A stretch of 64,000 nucleotides of DNA from Candidatus Azambacteria bacterium (GCA_016213445.1 JACRAJ010000002.1:36780-100779); one strand, 5' to 3'; counted from the stretch's first letter, positions 9,155 to 17,764 are shown. A program made the numbers and translations. The notes: generated by a model not told the origin, from the sequence alone.

Positions 9155-9556
9155 TTAATATTTCAATTTTACTCCGAGCTTATCGGCAATTTCTTGAAGC
9201 CATTTTTCATGGCGATCAACTTTGTGGGACAACATAACCATCTCCTGAAAATACGTATCAGCTTTTTGAGCGTAAGCGTCAACGGCCGTGAGAAGATTAT
9301 TAAAGTCAGACTTATCGGCTTTATTTTCTTTAAGATATTCAAGCTGTGAATCTATACTGGAAAATCTGTCATCTATTTTAGAAAACTGGTCATCTATTTT
9401 AGAAAACTGGTCATCTATTTTAGAAAACTGGTCATCTATTTTAGAAAACTGGTCATCTATTTTAGAAAACTGGTCATCTATTTTAGAAAACTGGTCATCT
9501 ACCTTGGAAAATTTATCATCCAAATATTGAATTAACTCTGAAAAATCATTATTCAT
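9155..9556 (-). CDS. hypothetical heptad-repeat protein (8x DDQFSKI)
   Basis: Encoded by perfect 21-bp tandem repeats. The C-terminal half is non-repetitive (EYLKENKADKSDFNNLLTAVDAYAQKAD...). Probably a coiled coil. Confidence 0.6.
   Translation of the reverse strand: MNNDFSELIQYLDDKFSKVDDQFSKIDDQFSKIDDQFSKIDDQFSKIDDQFSKIDDQFSKIDDRFSSIDSQLEYLKENKADKSDFNNLLTAVDAYAQKADTYFQEMVMLSHKVDRHEKWLQEIADKLGVKLKY
9360..9506. repeat. tandem 21-bp repeat array (~7-8 units of gaaaactggtcatctatttta)
   Basis: Units are perfectly identical at the DNA level. The first and last units are degenerate. The array lies inside CDS 9155..9556. Confidence 0.95.
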
Positions 9557-9604
9557 CTTTATATAATAAGTTTGTAAAAAATTAATGTCAAATTTAATTG
9601 ATTT

Positions 9605-9964
9605 TTAATATTTTCCCATAAAAATCCGTCTGAAAAGGCGGGCGCCGCGCCTGTATAGAGAAATATTTTTTTCCTTTTTGGTATTGATTTCTCTTTTGAG
9701 TTCGTCTTTCACGAGATCGATTGCCGCGTGTAAATCCTGCTCTTCAACGTTTGCCCGAATCAATCGCCCCGGCATTGTTAAGTTTACTTCGGCTTTAAAA
9801 ATATCGCCTTTTCTGTGGTGCCTTGTTGTTTTGGCCAGTTCAACATCGGCAAAAATACTTTCATCTTTAGGCAAAAATCTATCCAGGCTGTCTAATTTTT
9901 CTTGAAGATAGTCAAGAATGCCCGGAGTAATTTCAAAATTTTTTGTTTTCAAATCGATTTTCAT
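9605..9964 (-). CDS. hpf: ribosome hibernation promoting factor (HPF/RaiA family, short form)
   Basis: MKIDLKTKNFEITPGILDYLQEKLDSLDRF...HHRKGDIFKAEVNL matches the RaiA/HPF fold signature. Confidence 0.85.
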   Translation of the reverse strand: MKIDLKTKNFEITPGILDYLQEKLDSLDRFLPKDESIFADVELAKTTRHHRKGDIFKAEVNLTMPGRLIRANVEEQDLHAAIDLVKDELKREINTKKEKNISLYRRGARLFRRIFMGKY

Positions 9965-10369
9965 AATTCGATTTTAATTTATAAAATTTTATCCTGCCCT
10001 TAAAGGGACTCGGGTAAGACTAGCCCCAATTCAAATGTCTTTAAGTGGGTTGTCAGTATCACCGAGTCCCTTTAAAAGCCGGATGGCAAACCACCTGTAT
10101 TCATTTTAAAAGAAATAAAAAAATTTGGCAAACAACAAATTCCGCCATAAAGGCGGGATAAGGTTTCCTCAAAAATTCTGCTTTAAGCAGAATTTTTGAG
10201 GAAGCCCTTAAAAGCTCAAAGCCCCGTAAAACGGGGCTTTGCGCCGACATTGAATGGTTGCCGCCTTTCGGCGATCCAACCCACTTATCCGCAGTGTAGC
10301 ATATGTAAAAAATTTTGTAAAGCGCGCGCGGTACTTTTGATTCCTTGGCGCGATACCGCCGATAAATCA
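9965..10369 (-). ncRNA. ~400-bp non-coding structured region upstream of hpf (terminator plus long leader, or an unclassified sRNA)
   Basis: Several perfect hairpins are read directly: cctcaaaaattctgc-tttaa-gcagaatttttgagg (15-bp stem), aaagccccg-taaaa-cggggcttt, and gggactcgg...ccgagtccc. No credible ORF is present. Confidence 0.35.
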
Positions 10370-10852
10370 CTACATTGAAAGAATTTTCCACACGCCTTTT
10401 TCATTTTTTATCAATTCGATTTCAGCCGCAGCGCCGCCGGATTCGTCGGGCACTTCAAATATATAATGATTGTCGCTTGCCGCCTTGCCGTTTTTAAGAT
10501 TTTTCAAATCTTTTATCAAATCGCCCAAAAGATGAACGTTGTAAAGTTCTGCCAAATCCTGCGATTCCGCCTCCCTATTTTCCAAAGAAAAATATTCAAC
10601 CGCCAGCATTAAATTATTTTTTTCCAAAGCGCCAATGAGAAATTTGATCGTTTCCTGGGGCGTTTTTCCCCCAATGTCGGAAAATCGATCCGCTTCGCCG
10701 CCATCGCCAATTTGAGAATTTGAAGACGCGGCCGGATTTTGATTTTTAATTTTGTTTTGATCTCCATTTAAAAACCACAAGCCCAAAAGGCCGGCGCCGA
10801 GAATAATGCCCATTACGACAAAACTTCTTAAAATGTTTTTGAAGGCAGCCAT
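10370..10852 (-). CDS. hypothetical membrane-anchored protein
   Basis: N-terminal TM helix followed by a low-complexity region. Overlaps the upstream gene by 25 nt; an alternative start at 10813 is possible. Confidence 0.55.
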   Translation of the reverse strand: MAAFKNILRSFVVMGIILGAGLLGLWFLNGDQNKIKNQNPAASSNSQIGDGGEADRFSDIGGKTPQETIKFLIGALEKNNLMLAVEYFSLENREAESQDLAELYNVHLLGDLIKDLKNLKNGKAASDNHYIFEVPDESGGAAAEIELIKNEKGVWKILSM

Positions 10853-11325
10853 GGACTTAAAAAAATTAAAATTATAATTAAAACCGCGCCCAAAATGATA
10901 TTTTTCGCTAAAACTTTTTTAAAATCGTTTTCGTCCGAGCCGGCAAACAGATTCTGATCGCGGCGCAATTTAAACCATTCTCTAAAAATATTAAAAATAA
11001 TCGCAAAAATCACCGCCAGCACCCCCCCTAAGATAAAAAACGGAAACGGCAAAAAAGAAATAACCCAAACCAATTCGCTAAATCCCAAGGCGGCGCCCAA
11101 AGAAACGATAAAAATCTGTTTTCGGCTTTTTAAGCCGAACAGCTCGCCCGCCCGACGAATAATTAAAAGCCCTTTCCAAAAAGTAAAAAAAGAAATCAAA
11201 CTCAACATGGCAAATCCCGCGACGAAATTAACGGTTTGCGACAAAATTAAAAACCAAATAAAACTCGCCGTGAAAAATATCAAAAGGGGCGAAAAGAATG
11301 AGAATTTTTTCGGCGTAATTTTCAT
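10828..11325 (-). CDS. hypothetical polytopic membrane protein
   Basis: Four or five hydrophobic helices. Overlaps the upstream protease gene by 4 nt. Confidence 0.55.
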   Translation of the reverse strand: MKITPKKFSFFSPLLIFFTASFIWFLILSQTVNFVAGFAMLSLISFFTFWKGLLIIRRAGELFGLKSRKQIFIVSLGAALGFSELVWVISFLPFPFFILGGVLAVIFAIIFNIFREWFKLRRDQNLFAGSDENDFKKVLAKNIILGAVLIIILIFLSPWLPSKTF

Positions 11326-12287
11326 ATCTTCAAAACGTCGCTGACAATTTTTTTAACTTGGTTTACGGGAATGGCAAAACCTATACTTTGGGCGTTTTGC
11401 GCTATAGCCGTGTTGATGCCTATCACTTCCCCCTTCAAATTTAAAAGCGGTCCGCCAGAATTGCCGGGATTTATTGAAGCGTCGGTTTGAATTACGTTAT
11501 AGATTGTTTCCGTTAAGCCTCCGCCGCTGGCAGTGATATTTCTTGAAAGGCCCGACACCACGCCGACATTGACCGTATTCCTAAATTCACCCAAAGCATT
11601 GCCGATAGCGACCGCCGTTTGGCCAACTTGAATTGAATCGGAATTGCCAAGCTTAAGCGTCGGCAAATTCAAAGCGGCAATTTTTAAAACGGCGATATCG
11701 GTATTCGCATCGCGAACCAAAACCTTTGCGTCATATTTTTTTCCGTCATTGGTGAAAACCGTGTATTGCGCCGCCGCGTCCTGCACTACGTGTTTATTGG
11801 TTAAAATTAAACCGTCGCCGGAAATTATAAACCCGCTGCCGCCGCCAATCTCCTGGAACTTGGTTCCTTTTTGGCAAGGCTGATAAAACTTAAGATTTTG
11901 GCCGAAAAATTGCTGGACTTCCGGCGGCAGATTTGAAAACGGATTGTAAGGACACTGTTCGATGATCGGAACATTTTTGGAAATCGTAATCGCCACCACG
12001 GCCGGCGAAGCATTTTTGGCCGCGTTTATAATTTTTGATTCATAATCAACCGGAGCGTAAACTTCATTTGATGGAGCTAAATTTAAACTTTGGGGCGTGC
12101 TGGTGGCCTGTTGTTTCTCGCCAAATAATCGATTTAAAAACGGCGCTTTTCGGAAAAAATCCAAAACCGACGCGTTGGCAAATATCGCGCCGGAAAGCGG
12201 CCCGATGACAACGGCGGTTAAAACGCTCGCCGCCAAAGCCGCCAACAGCATTTCTTTAAATGAATATTTTTTGTTTTCTTCATTCAT
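11322..12287 (-). CDS. trypsin-like serine protease (S1C/HtrA-like, no PDZ domain)
   Basis: The His (TNKHVV), Asp (DIAVLKI) and Ser (GNSGGPLL) catalytic triad motifs are all present. Confidence 0.8.
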   Translation of the reverse strand: MNEENKKYSFKEMLLAALAASVLTAVVIGPLSGAIFANASVLDFFRKAPFLNRLFGEKQQATSTPQSLNLAPSNEVYAPVDYESKIINAAKNASPAVVAITISKNVPIIEQCPYNPFSNLPPEVQQFFGQNLKFYQPCQKGTKFQEIGGGSGFIISGDGLILTNKHVVQDAAAQYTVFTNDGKKYDAKVLVRDANTDIAVLKIAALNLPTLKLGNSDSIQVGQTAVAIGNALGEFRNTVNVGVVSGLSRNITASGGGLTETIYNVIQTDASINPGNSGGPLLNLKGEVIGINTAIAQNAQSIGFAIPVNQVKKIVSDVLKI

Positions 12288-12319
12288 ATTTTTAAATTAT
12301 TTATATTGGTTTGAAAGAT

Positions 12320-13561
12320 CTATTTTGATTGCAATGCGCTTAAAACCTTATTTATTATTTCCGCGGCTTTCTTTATTTCTTCCTTCGCGGTGTTTTTGCC
12401 GAGAGTAATCCGAATACTTTCTTTCGCTTCTTTTTCAGTCAAACCGATTGCGGTTAAAACATGGGAAGGCTCCATTGCCCTGCTGGAACAAGCGGAACCG
12501 GCCGAAACCGCCACACCGGCCTGATCCAAAGCCACTATAAGCGTTTCATTGCTTATTCCCGGAAACCTTATATTAATGTTATTCGGCAATCGGCCTTCAA
12601 AAGAGCCGTTTAATTCGGCCGACTTATTGTATTTAACGATATTTTCCCACAAGCCGTTTCGCAAATCAAGAACATGTTTGGAACGTTTCTCGCGATTTTT
12701 TCCGCCAGAGGCGGATCCGCCTCTGGCGGAAAAAATCAATTCAACCGCTTTCGCCAATCCGGCAACGGCGGCGACATTTTCCGTGCCCGAACGCAAACCG
12801 AATTCCTGCCCGCCGCCGGAAATAATCGGCGAAAGCGGCGTGTTTTTTCTTACATAAAGCCCGCCAATACCTTTGGGACCGTAAATTTTATGTCCGGAAA
12901 AAGTAAGCAAATCCGCTTTAAGCCAATCGGGGCGGCATTCCAAATAATTCATCGCCTGCACCGCGTCGGTGTGGAAATATATTTTTGAGAACCCATTTTC
13001 CCGCCTTGTTTTATTAATTTTTTCAATCAATTTCCCGATTTCTTTTATCGGCTGGATTGTTCCGATTTCATTATTGGCGTAAATAACGCTTACCAAAACC
13101 GTATTGTTTTTGATTGTTTTTTCAATGTCGGAAATTTTTACCAACCCGTTTTTATCAACCGGAAGATAATCAATTTCATGGTCGGCTTTTTTTAATTCTT
13201 TCAGCGGCTCGTGAACCGACTCGTGTTCTATCGGCGTGGAAATTATATGGTATTTAGTATTTGATATTTCTTGTTTTGTATTTTTTTTGAAAATTGAAAA
13301 TTGAAAATTCCTCGCAATTCCCAAAATTGCGAGGTTATTAGCTTCTGTCGCCGAGCCGGTGAAAATTATTTCGTTGAAATCGCAATTTAACAATTCGGCG
13401 ATTTTTCCCCGCGCGCCGTCTATTGCCGCTATCGCCTCCTGGCCGAATGAATGAATTGAAGAAGCGTTGCCGAATTTTTCGGAAAAATACGGCATCATCG
13501 CTTTTAAAACTTCGTCATCAACCGGTGTTGTCGCCGCGCAATCAAGATAGATTTTTTTCAT
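12320..13561 (-). CDS. cysteine desulfurase (class V aminotransferase, NifS/IscS family)
   Basis: PLP-lysine motif SGHKIYGPKGIGGLYVR and active-site SAGSACSS. It contains two in-frame repeat insertions (see repeat features). Confidence 0.85.
   Translation of the reverse strand: MKKIYLDCAATTPVDDEVLKAMMPYFSEKFGNASSIHSFGQEAIAAIDGARGKIAELLNCDFNEIIFTGSATEANNLAILGIARNFQFSIFKKNTKQEISNTKYHIISTPIEHESVHEPLKELKKADHEIDYLPVDKNGLVKISDIEKTIKNNTVLVSVIYANNEIGTIQPIKEIGKLIEKINKTRRENGFSKIYFHTDAVQAMNYLECRPDWLKADLLTFSGHKIYGPKGIGGLYVRKNTPLSPIISGGGQEFGLRSGTENVAAVAGLAKAVELIFSARGGSASGGKNREKRSKHVLDLRNGLWENIVKYNKSAELNGSFEGRLPNNINIRFPGISNETLIVALDQAGVAVSAGSACSSRAMEPSHVLTAIGLTEKEAKESIRITLGKNTAKEEIKKAAEIINKVLSALQSK
12696..12735. 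repeat. perfect 40-bp palindromic element, GGATCC-centred, inserted in-frame in the cysteine desulfurase
   Basis: ttttttccgccagaggcggatccgcctctggcggaaaaaa encodes SARGGSASGGKN. This stretch has no counterpart in E. coli IscS. A near-identical element sits in fba. Confidence 0.9.
13289..13334. repeat. (GAAAATT)x3 microsatellite plus 9-bp-stem hairpin inserted in-frame in the cysteine desulfurase
   Basis: gaaaattgaaaattgaaaatt is followed by cctcgcaattcccaaaattgcgagg. Together they encode an extra ~13 aa (FQFSIFKKNTKQE) relative to IscS. Confidence 0.85.
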
Positions 13562-14334
13562 AATTTTTCCAGCGCGGCGTTGAGTTCTTTAACTTGCTGT
13601 TCGGCGCGAGCGCGCCAGTCGCGGCCGGCGCAAAGCTCGTGATGCGAACAAAAATCGCAGACAAAATTCACCGTCCACTTTCCTTTATCTTCGTCAAAAA
13701 CAACCGGGTCGGGCAAAGGCGGCAATTCATCTTTACTCCAAGAACTGTTTAAAATTTCAAGCTGATCAACAATCGGTTTCACCGCTTCTTCGGAATAATT
13801 TACGGGAATAATCAGTCTGCCCAAATCGTCGCGGGAAACGTAAATTAGCCGGCCTTCGAGATTGGAAAAATCAACTTCCGGCAAATCCGCGTGGCCGTGA
13901 TTCCGGAGGCGCCACACGTAAAAAAGCATTTGGAGTTTATGCTGGGGCTGGGGCGCCTTGGTTTTTAATTTGTATTTGAAACTGAAAGAATTCGTCGATT
14001 TTATTTCGTAAAGCACCGGATGGCCGCCTTCGTCTATTATTAAATCAACCTTGCCCGACGCTTCATATTCCGGCGCCTCTATCCGCAATTGTTCCGCCAC
14101 CAATTTTCCCGAGTTTTTTACTTTATCGACAATCCAAGTCTCGACTATTTTGCCGACTTCCATAATTCCCATCCTGTCCGGTGGAATAACCGATGTCGGC
14201 GGCAAGCCTTTGCGGCGGTAAAAAGCGCCCCTCAAACAGGAATTCAAATCGGTCGCCCACCAGCTTTTTTTGGCATACGGCTCGCGGATGAAGCTTTCGT
14301 TTATTATTTTATCTAAAAAAGTGAGGGAGTCCAT
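13558..14334 (-). CDS. PD-(D/E)XK nuclease, Cas4-like (second copy)
   Basis: VDLIIDEGGHPVLYEIKST gives the D/ExK motif. The C-terminus has C-D-F-C-S-H-H-E-L-C plus an N-terminal Cys. There is a 4-nt overlap with both neighbouring genes. Confidence 0.75.
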   Translation of the reverse strand: MDSLTFLDKIINESFIREPYAKKSWWATDLNSCLRGAFYRRKGLPPTSVIPPDRMGIMEVGKIVETWIVDKVKNSGKLVAEQLRIEAPEYEASGKVDLIIDEGGHPVLYEIKSTNSFSFKYKLKTKAPQPQHKLQMLFYVWRLRNHGHADLPEVDFSNLEGRLIYVSRDDLGRLIIPVNYSEEAVKPIVDQLEILNSSWSKDELPPLPDPVVFDEDKGKWTVNFVCDFCSHHELCAGRDWRARAEQQVKELNAALEKL

Positions 14335-14903
14335 AATTTTTTTATTTCGAGTCCCGAATATTTCGCCAGGTTAATTTTTAAAGTTTTCACGTAAGGCAAA
14401 TTGGCATCGCGAGCCGTATATTTCAATTCGCCGTTTTTAAGGCAATGCTCGTACAAGTCTTTTGTAAGCCTTACGTCGTCGAGGCAATATTTTTTAAGCT
14501 CGTCCATTCTCCCCTGCCGCCAATAATCAACCGCCGCAAGACCGTTGCCGCTTTTTCTTTTCCCCAAAGTGTTGCCGACCAAATCATCCAAACTCACCCG
14601 ATGCCCCGCAACGCTTACGAATTCGGCCATAATATCAAGCGTTGGAATTTTGGCCAAATCGATGGACAAATATTTTTTCAAAACCGGCAAATCGAAATGA
14701 TCGATGTTAAAACCGATAATTAAATCGGTTCTTTTCAGCAAATTTTCAAACGCCGGCATTTCCTTTTCCGTAAAAGTTAAAAACTTATTATCGGAATAAG
14801 AATAAACGCCGGCGACGGAAAGCAAAAGTTTCGACAAATTTCCCTTGCCGCCGACGTCGGAAAATAAATTTTGAGTTTCAATGTCTAAAACAATGCGATT
14901 CAT
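14313..14903 (-). CDS. DnaQ-like DEDD 3'-5' exonuclease (RNase H-like fold, PolB-exo/YprB-type)
   Basis: Exo I VLDIETQN, Exo II GFNIDHFDLPVLKKY and Exo III YCLDDVRLTKDLY are all present. Confidence 0.7.
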   Translation of the reverse strand: MNRIVLDIETQNLFSDVGGKGNLSKLLLSVAGVYSYSDNKFLTFTEKEMPAFENLLKRTDLIIGFNIDHFDLPVLKKYLSIDLAKIPTLDIMAEFVSVAGHRVSLDDLVGNTLGKRKSGNGLAAVDYWRQGRMDELKKYCLDDVRLTKDLYEHCLKNGELKYTARDANLPYVKTLKINLAKYSGLEIKKLWTPSLF

Positions 14904-15955
14904 AACTCGTCTTCATCTCTGGGAGCTTCAATGGCCATCGGCTCGATTCCAACAGCTTCGCCCGTTATTTTTAAAACATCCTTATCGATTTTTTTCAATT
15001 CTTTGTAAGATTGGTTATACATATTAACGGAAGTGCCCAAGTGCGTGCCCAGTTTTTTCATATACGTTTCATAGCTTGAAAGATGCCGCCCCAATTCTTC
15101 AACTCTTTTTCTTATTTCCTTCGCCGATTCTTCGATTTGAAGCGCTTTCAACCCCTGAAGCACCGTTTGAAGATACGCGAAAAAAGAAGTCGGAGAAACA
15201 ATTATCACTTTTTTATCGACAATGGCATACTCAACAAGGTCCCTGGCGTTTATCGAACCGACTTTGTTTATCAACAAATCGTAATAAACGGCTTCGGCGG
15301 GAATAAACATAAAAGCAAAATCCATAGTGCCTTCGCCCGGCTTTACATATTTTGAGGTTTCGTCAATGCGGGTTTTCAAATCGTTCCTGAAAGCGTCTTC
15401 CAGTCTTTTTCTTTCAACTTCATCGCGAACTTCCAGCAAGCGATTGTAATTTTCCAAACTGAATTTGGAATCTATCGGAATGATTCTGTCTTTAATGAAT
15501 ATTGCCGCGTCAACGATTGTGCCGTCTTTGAAACCATATTGCAACTCATAAGTTCCCGGCGGCAAAACGTTTTTCAAAACCGTTTCCAGATAATATTCTC
15601 CCAAAATTCCGCGCTGTTTCGGATTTTTCAATATGTCCTGCAAATTTTTCAGCTGATCGGCGAAATTCACCACCTGTTTATTGGTATCGTCAAGCTTGGT
15701 GAGGCGCTCGGTGACATCGCGGATAATTTTCGCGCTTTGGGAAAACTGGTTTTGAATCTGGCTTTGCATCGTTTGCGCCGATTCTCCGAGTTTTTTATCA
15801 AGCGTCCGCGCGATTTCATTTATTTGATTTTGTATCAAAAGAAACGATTGCGACTGCGAGCCTTCACCGCCTTTCTTTTTAAAAATAAAAAAAGCGAATC
15901 CGCCCAGCGCGGCGCCCAAAACCAGAGAAAATAAAATTAAAATAAAATTATCCAT
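14900..15955 (-). CDS. rmuC: DNA recombination protein RmuC
   Basis: N-terminal TM helix, a long coiled coil, and the RmuC C-terminal domain (FAFMFIPAEAVYYDLL...IVSPTSFFAYLQTV). Confidence 0.85.
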   Translation of the reverse strand: MDNFILILFSLVLGAALGGFAFFIFKKKGGEGSQSQSFLLIQNQINEIARTLDKKLGESAQTMQSQIQNQFSQSAKIIRDVTERLTKLDDTNKQVVNFADQLKNLQDILKNPKQRGILGEYYLETVLKNVLPPGTYELQYGFKDGTIVDAAIFIKDRIIPIDSKFSLENYNRLLEVRDEVERKRLEDAFRNDLKTRIDETSKYVKPGEGTMDFAFMFIPAEAVYYDLLINKVGSINARDLVEYAIVDKKVIIVSPTSFFAYLQTVLQGLKALQIEESAKEIRKRVEELGRHLSSYETYMKKLGTHLGTSVNMYNQSYKELKKIDKDVLKITGEAVGIEPMAIEAPRDEDEL

Positions 15956-16007
15956 AGTGTTTAACGGACTTATCTAAGAATGGACTAAAATCAACAAAAA
16001 AACAAGT

Positions 16008-17156
16008 TTATTTTTCGGTTTTCGGTTCGCGAACAAAAAACAATGCGGCAAACGCGATTGCGGTTAAAATCAGTGAAAGCGCAAATGGCGCCCGAAAATT
16101 TACGGCATCCCATAAAATGCCGGCGATAAAAGAAGCCGGCAAAGCTATCAGGCCGATAAGCATTTGGAAACCGCCTATGATGCTTGCTCTCATATTGTAA
16201 GGAGCGAATTCCGCCACGATAGTTTTTATATTGCCTTCATAAGCGGCGCCGTGCAATCCGTAAACGGCGAACGCCAAAAGAATCATCCAGAGCGAATTAA
16301 AAAAAATAAACATCGCGTTAGTCGCCATAAATAAAATGAAAGCAAAACCGATTACCGGGCGCCGGCCGATTTTATCCGCCATCTTGCCGAAAGGAATCGC
16401 CATAAGAGATGAAAAAAGCATATATGTCAGATAAAATAACGGCAATAATTTTAAAGAAACGCCAAGTTTGTTTGCCGCCAGAATATAAAATGAATCGGAA
16501 AAGGCGCCCAAAGTGAAAATTGCCGAAAGAGCGGTGAAAACTTTAAAATCGCGGCTGGCAAATTTAAAAGAAAATTTCGGCGCGAGGCCATCGGACGTTA
16601 TTTTTTCTTTGACGAAAAATAAAATAATCAAGCTGCCGGCAAGCGAAGGAATGGCGGCTATTAAAAATAGCTCGCGATAAGCGAAATATCCCGCCAAAAA
16701 CAGCGATGCGGCAAGGCCCAAAACAGCGCCGCCCCGGTCGGCCGCTCTCAGCGCCCCAAAAGCCGAAGCTCTTTTTTCGCGAGGCGTGATGTCGGCCACG
16801 ATGGCATCCCGGGGCGCGTCGCGCATTTTCCCGGACCTGTCCAAAATTTTGCCGGGGATCAATTGCCAGCTTCTCGTTGAAAACGAGTAAATAATTCTTG
16901 AAAAAAAGGCGAAAAAATAACCGAGCCAGATAAAAATTTTCCGCTTTTTTATTTTATCCGACAATAATCCCGACGCGGCTTGCGACAGGGAAGCGAAAGC
17001 GTCGCCCAAACCGTCAACAAATCCTAAAAACATCGCCGAAGCTCCGATTACCGAGGTGACAAAAATCGGCCAAATCGTAAAAACAAAATAATGCCCGAAA
17101 TCGTTTAAAAACGCGCCGATTGAAAACAGCCAAACTGTTTTTTTGTTTTCATCCAT
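16008..17156 (-). CDS. MFS transporter
   Basis: Twelve TM helices. MFS loop motif GKMRD/ADKIGRRP between TM2 and TM3. Confidence 0.8.
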   Translation of the reverse strand: MDENKKTVWLFSIGAFLNDFGHYFVFTIWPIFVTSVIGASAMFLGFVDGLGDAFASLSQAASGLLSDKIKKRKIFIWLGYFFAFFSRIIYSFSTRSWQLIPGKILDRSGKMRDAPRDAIVADITPREKRASAFGALRAADRGGAVLGLAASLFLAGYFAYRELFLIAAIPSLAGSLIILFFVKEKITSDGLAPKFSFKFASRDFKVFTALSAIFTLGAFSDSFYILAANKLGVSLKLLPLFYLTYMLFSSLMAIPFGKMADKIGRRPVIGFAFILFMATNAMFIFFNSLWMILLAFAVYGLHGAAYEGNIKTIVAEFAPYNMRASIIGGFQMLIGLIALPASFIAGILWDAVNFRAPFALSLILTAIAFAALFFVREPKTEK

Positions 17157-17275
17157 GGTTTGATTATTTCACAGTTTAGTTTAAAATAAAAAGTATTAAC
17201 TTTTTTTAGCTGCCTCGGCTCGGAAATGTGAAAGAATACTTTCCCATTTCTCTCGCTCTACGTCGCTAATAAAAC

Positions 17276-17764
17276 ATGATGTTGCTTGATTCAAAAAGGC
17301 CTTTTTATTGGATTTCGGGATTGATTATTTTCGCTCTCGCGATTATGGTTGTTTATTTCCAGTACCAAAAAACGGCCGATAAAAATTCAACAACCGTTTT
17401 CACCGGCGCCGGGCCGGTGAAAATTAAAATTGAACTCGCGAAAACGCAGGAAGAATTGGAAAAAGGATTAATGAACCGGCCGTCGCTTCCGAAAAATTCC
17501 GGAATGTTTTTTATTTTTCCCGATGAAAAAACCCGAAGTTTTTGGATGAAAGATACGCTGATTCCCCTTGATATCATTTTTATTTCTTCAACGGGGCGCG
17601 TTAATGAAATTACAACTCTAAAGCCATGCCGAGAAAATGAAATTTGCCAACCATATAGTTCAAAAATGCCAGCGCGATATGTTTTGGAAATCAACGCCGG
17701 CGCCGCGGAAAAATGGAGAATAATGGAAGGCGATATTTTGGAGATTCCGAAATTTGAAAAATAA
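17276..17764 (+). CDS. DUF192 domain protein
   Basis: GLMNRPSLPKNSGMFFIF...TLIPLDIIFI is the DUF192 (COG1430) signature. Has an N-terminal signal anchor. Confidence 0.7.
   Translation: MMLLDSKRPFYWISGLIIFALAIMVVYFQYQKTADKNSTTVFTGAGPVKIKIELAKTQEELEKGLMNRPSLPKNSGMFFIFPDEKTRSFWMKDTLIPLDIIFISSTGRVNEITTLKPCRENEICQPYSSKMPARYVLEINAGAAEKWRIMEGDILEIPKFEK

Noticed and set aside
9360-9506. 21-bp direct repeats that look superficially like a CRISPR array
   Set aside because: Repeats are contiguous with no spacers. They lie inside a coherent ORF that encodes a heptad peptide repeat. No cas genes are present.
9965-10369. RNase P RNA, tmRNA or SRP RNA in the hpf upstream region
   Set aside because: The universal P4 (AGGAAAGTCCGGGCTCC / ACAGAANCCGGCTTA), tmRNA tRNA-like ends/tag ORF and SRP domain IV (GGAAG...AGCAGC) motifs are all absent. 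Kept only as an unclassified structured region.
10101-10391. 96-aa ORF inside the structured intergenic region
   Set aside because: It overlaps multiple perfect hairpins, has no RBS and its composition is not protein-like.
12549-12988. Plus-strand ORFs 12549..12857 and 12674..12988 (and 57002..57235 / 57016..57246 at fba) containing PKADPPLAE / ARGGSASGGKN
   Set aside because: They are mirror-image reading artefacts of the perfect palindrome and lie inside well-supported minus-strand genes.
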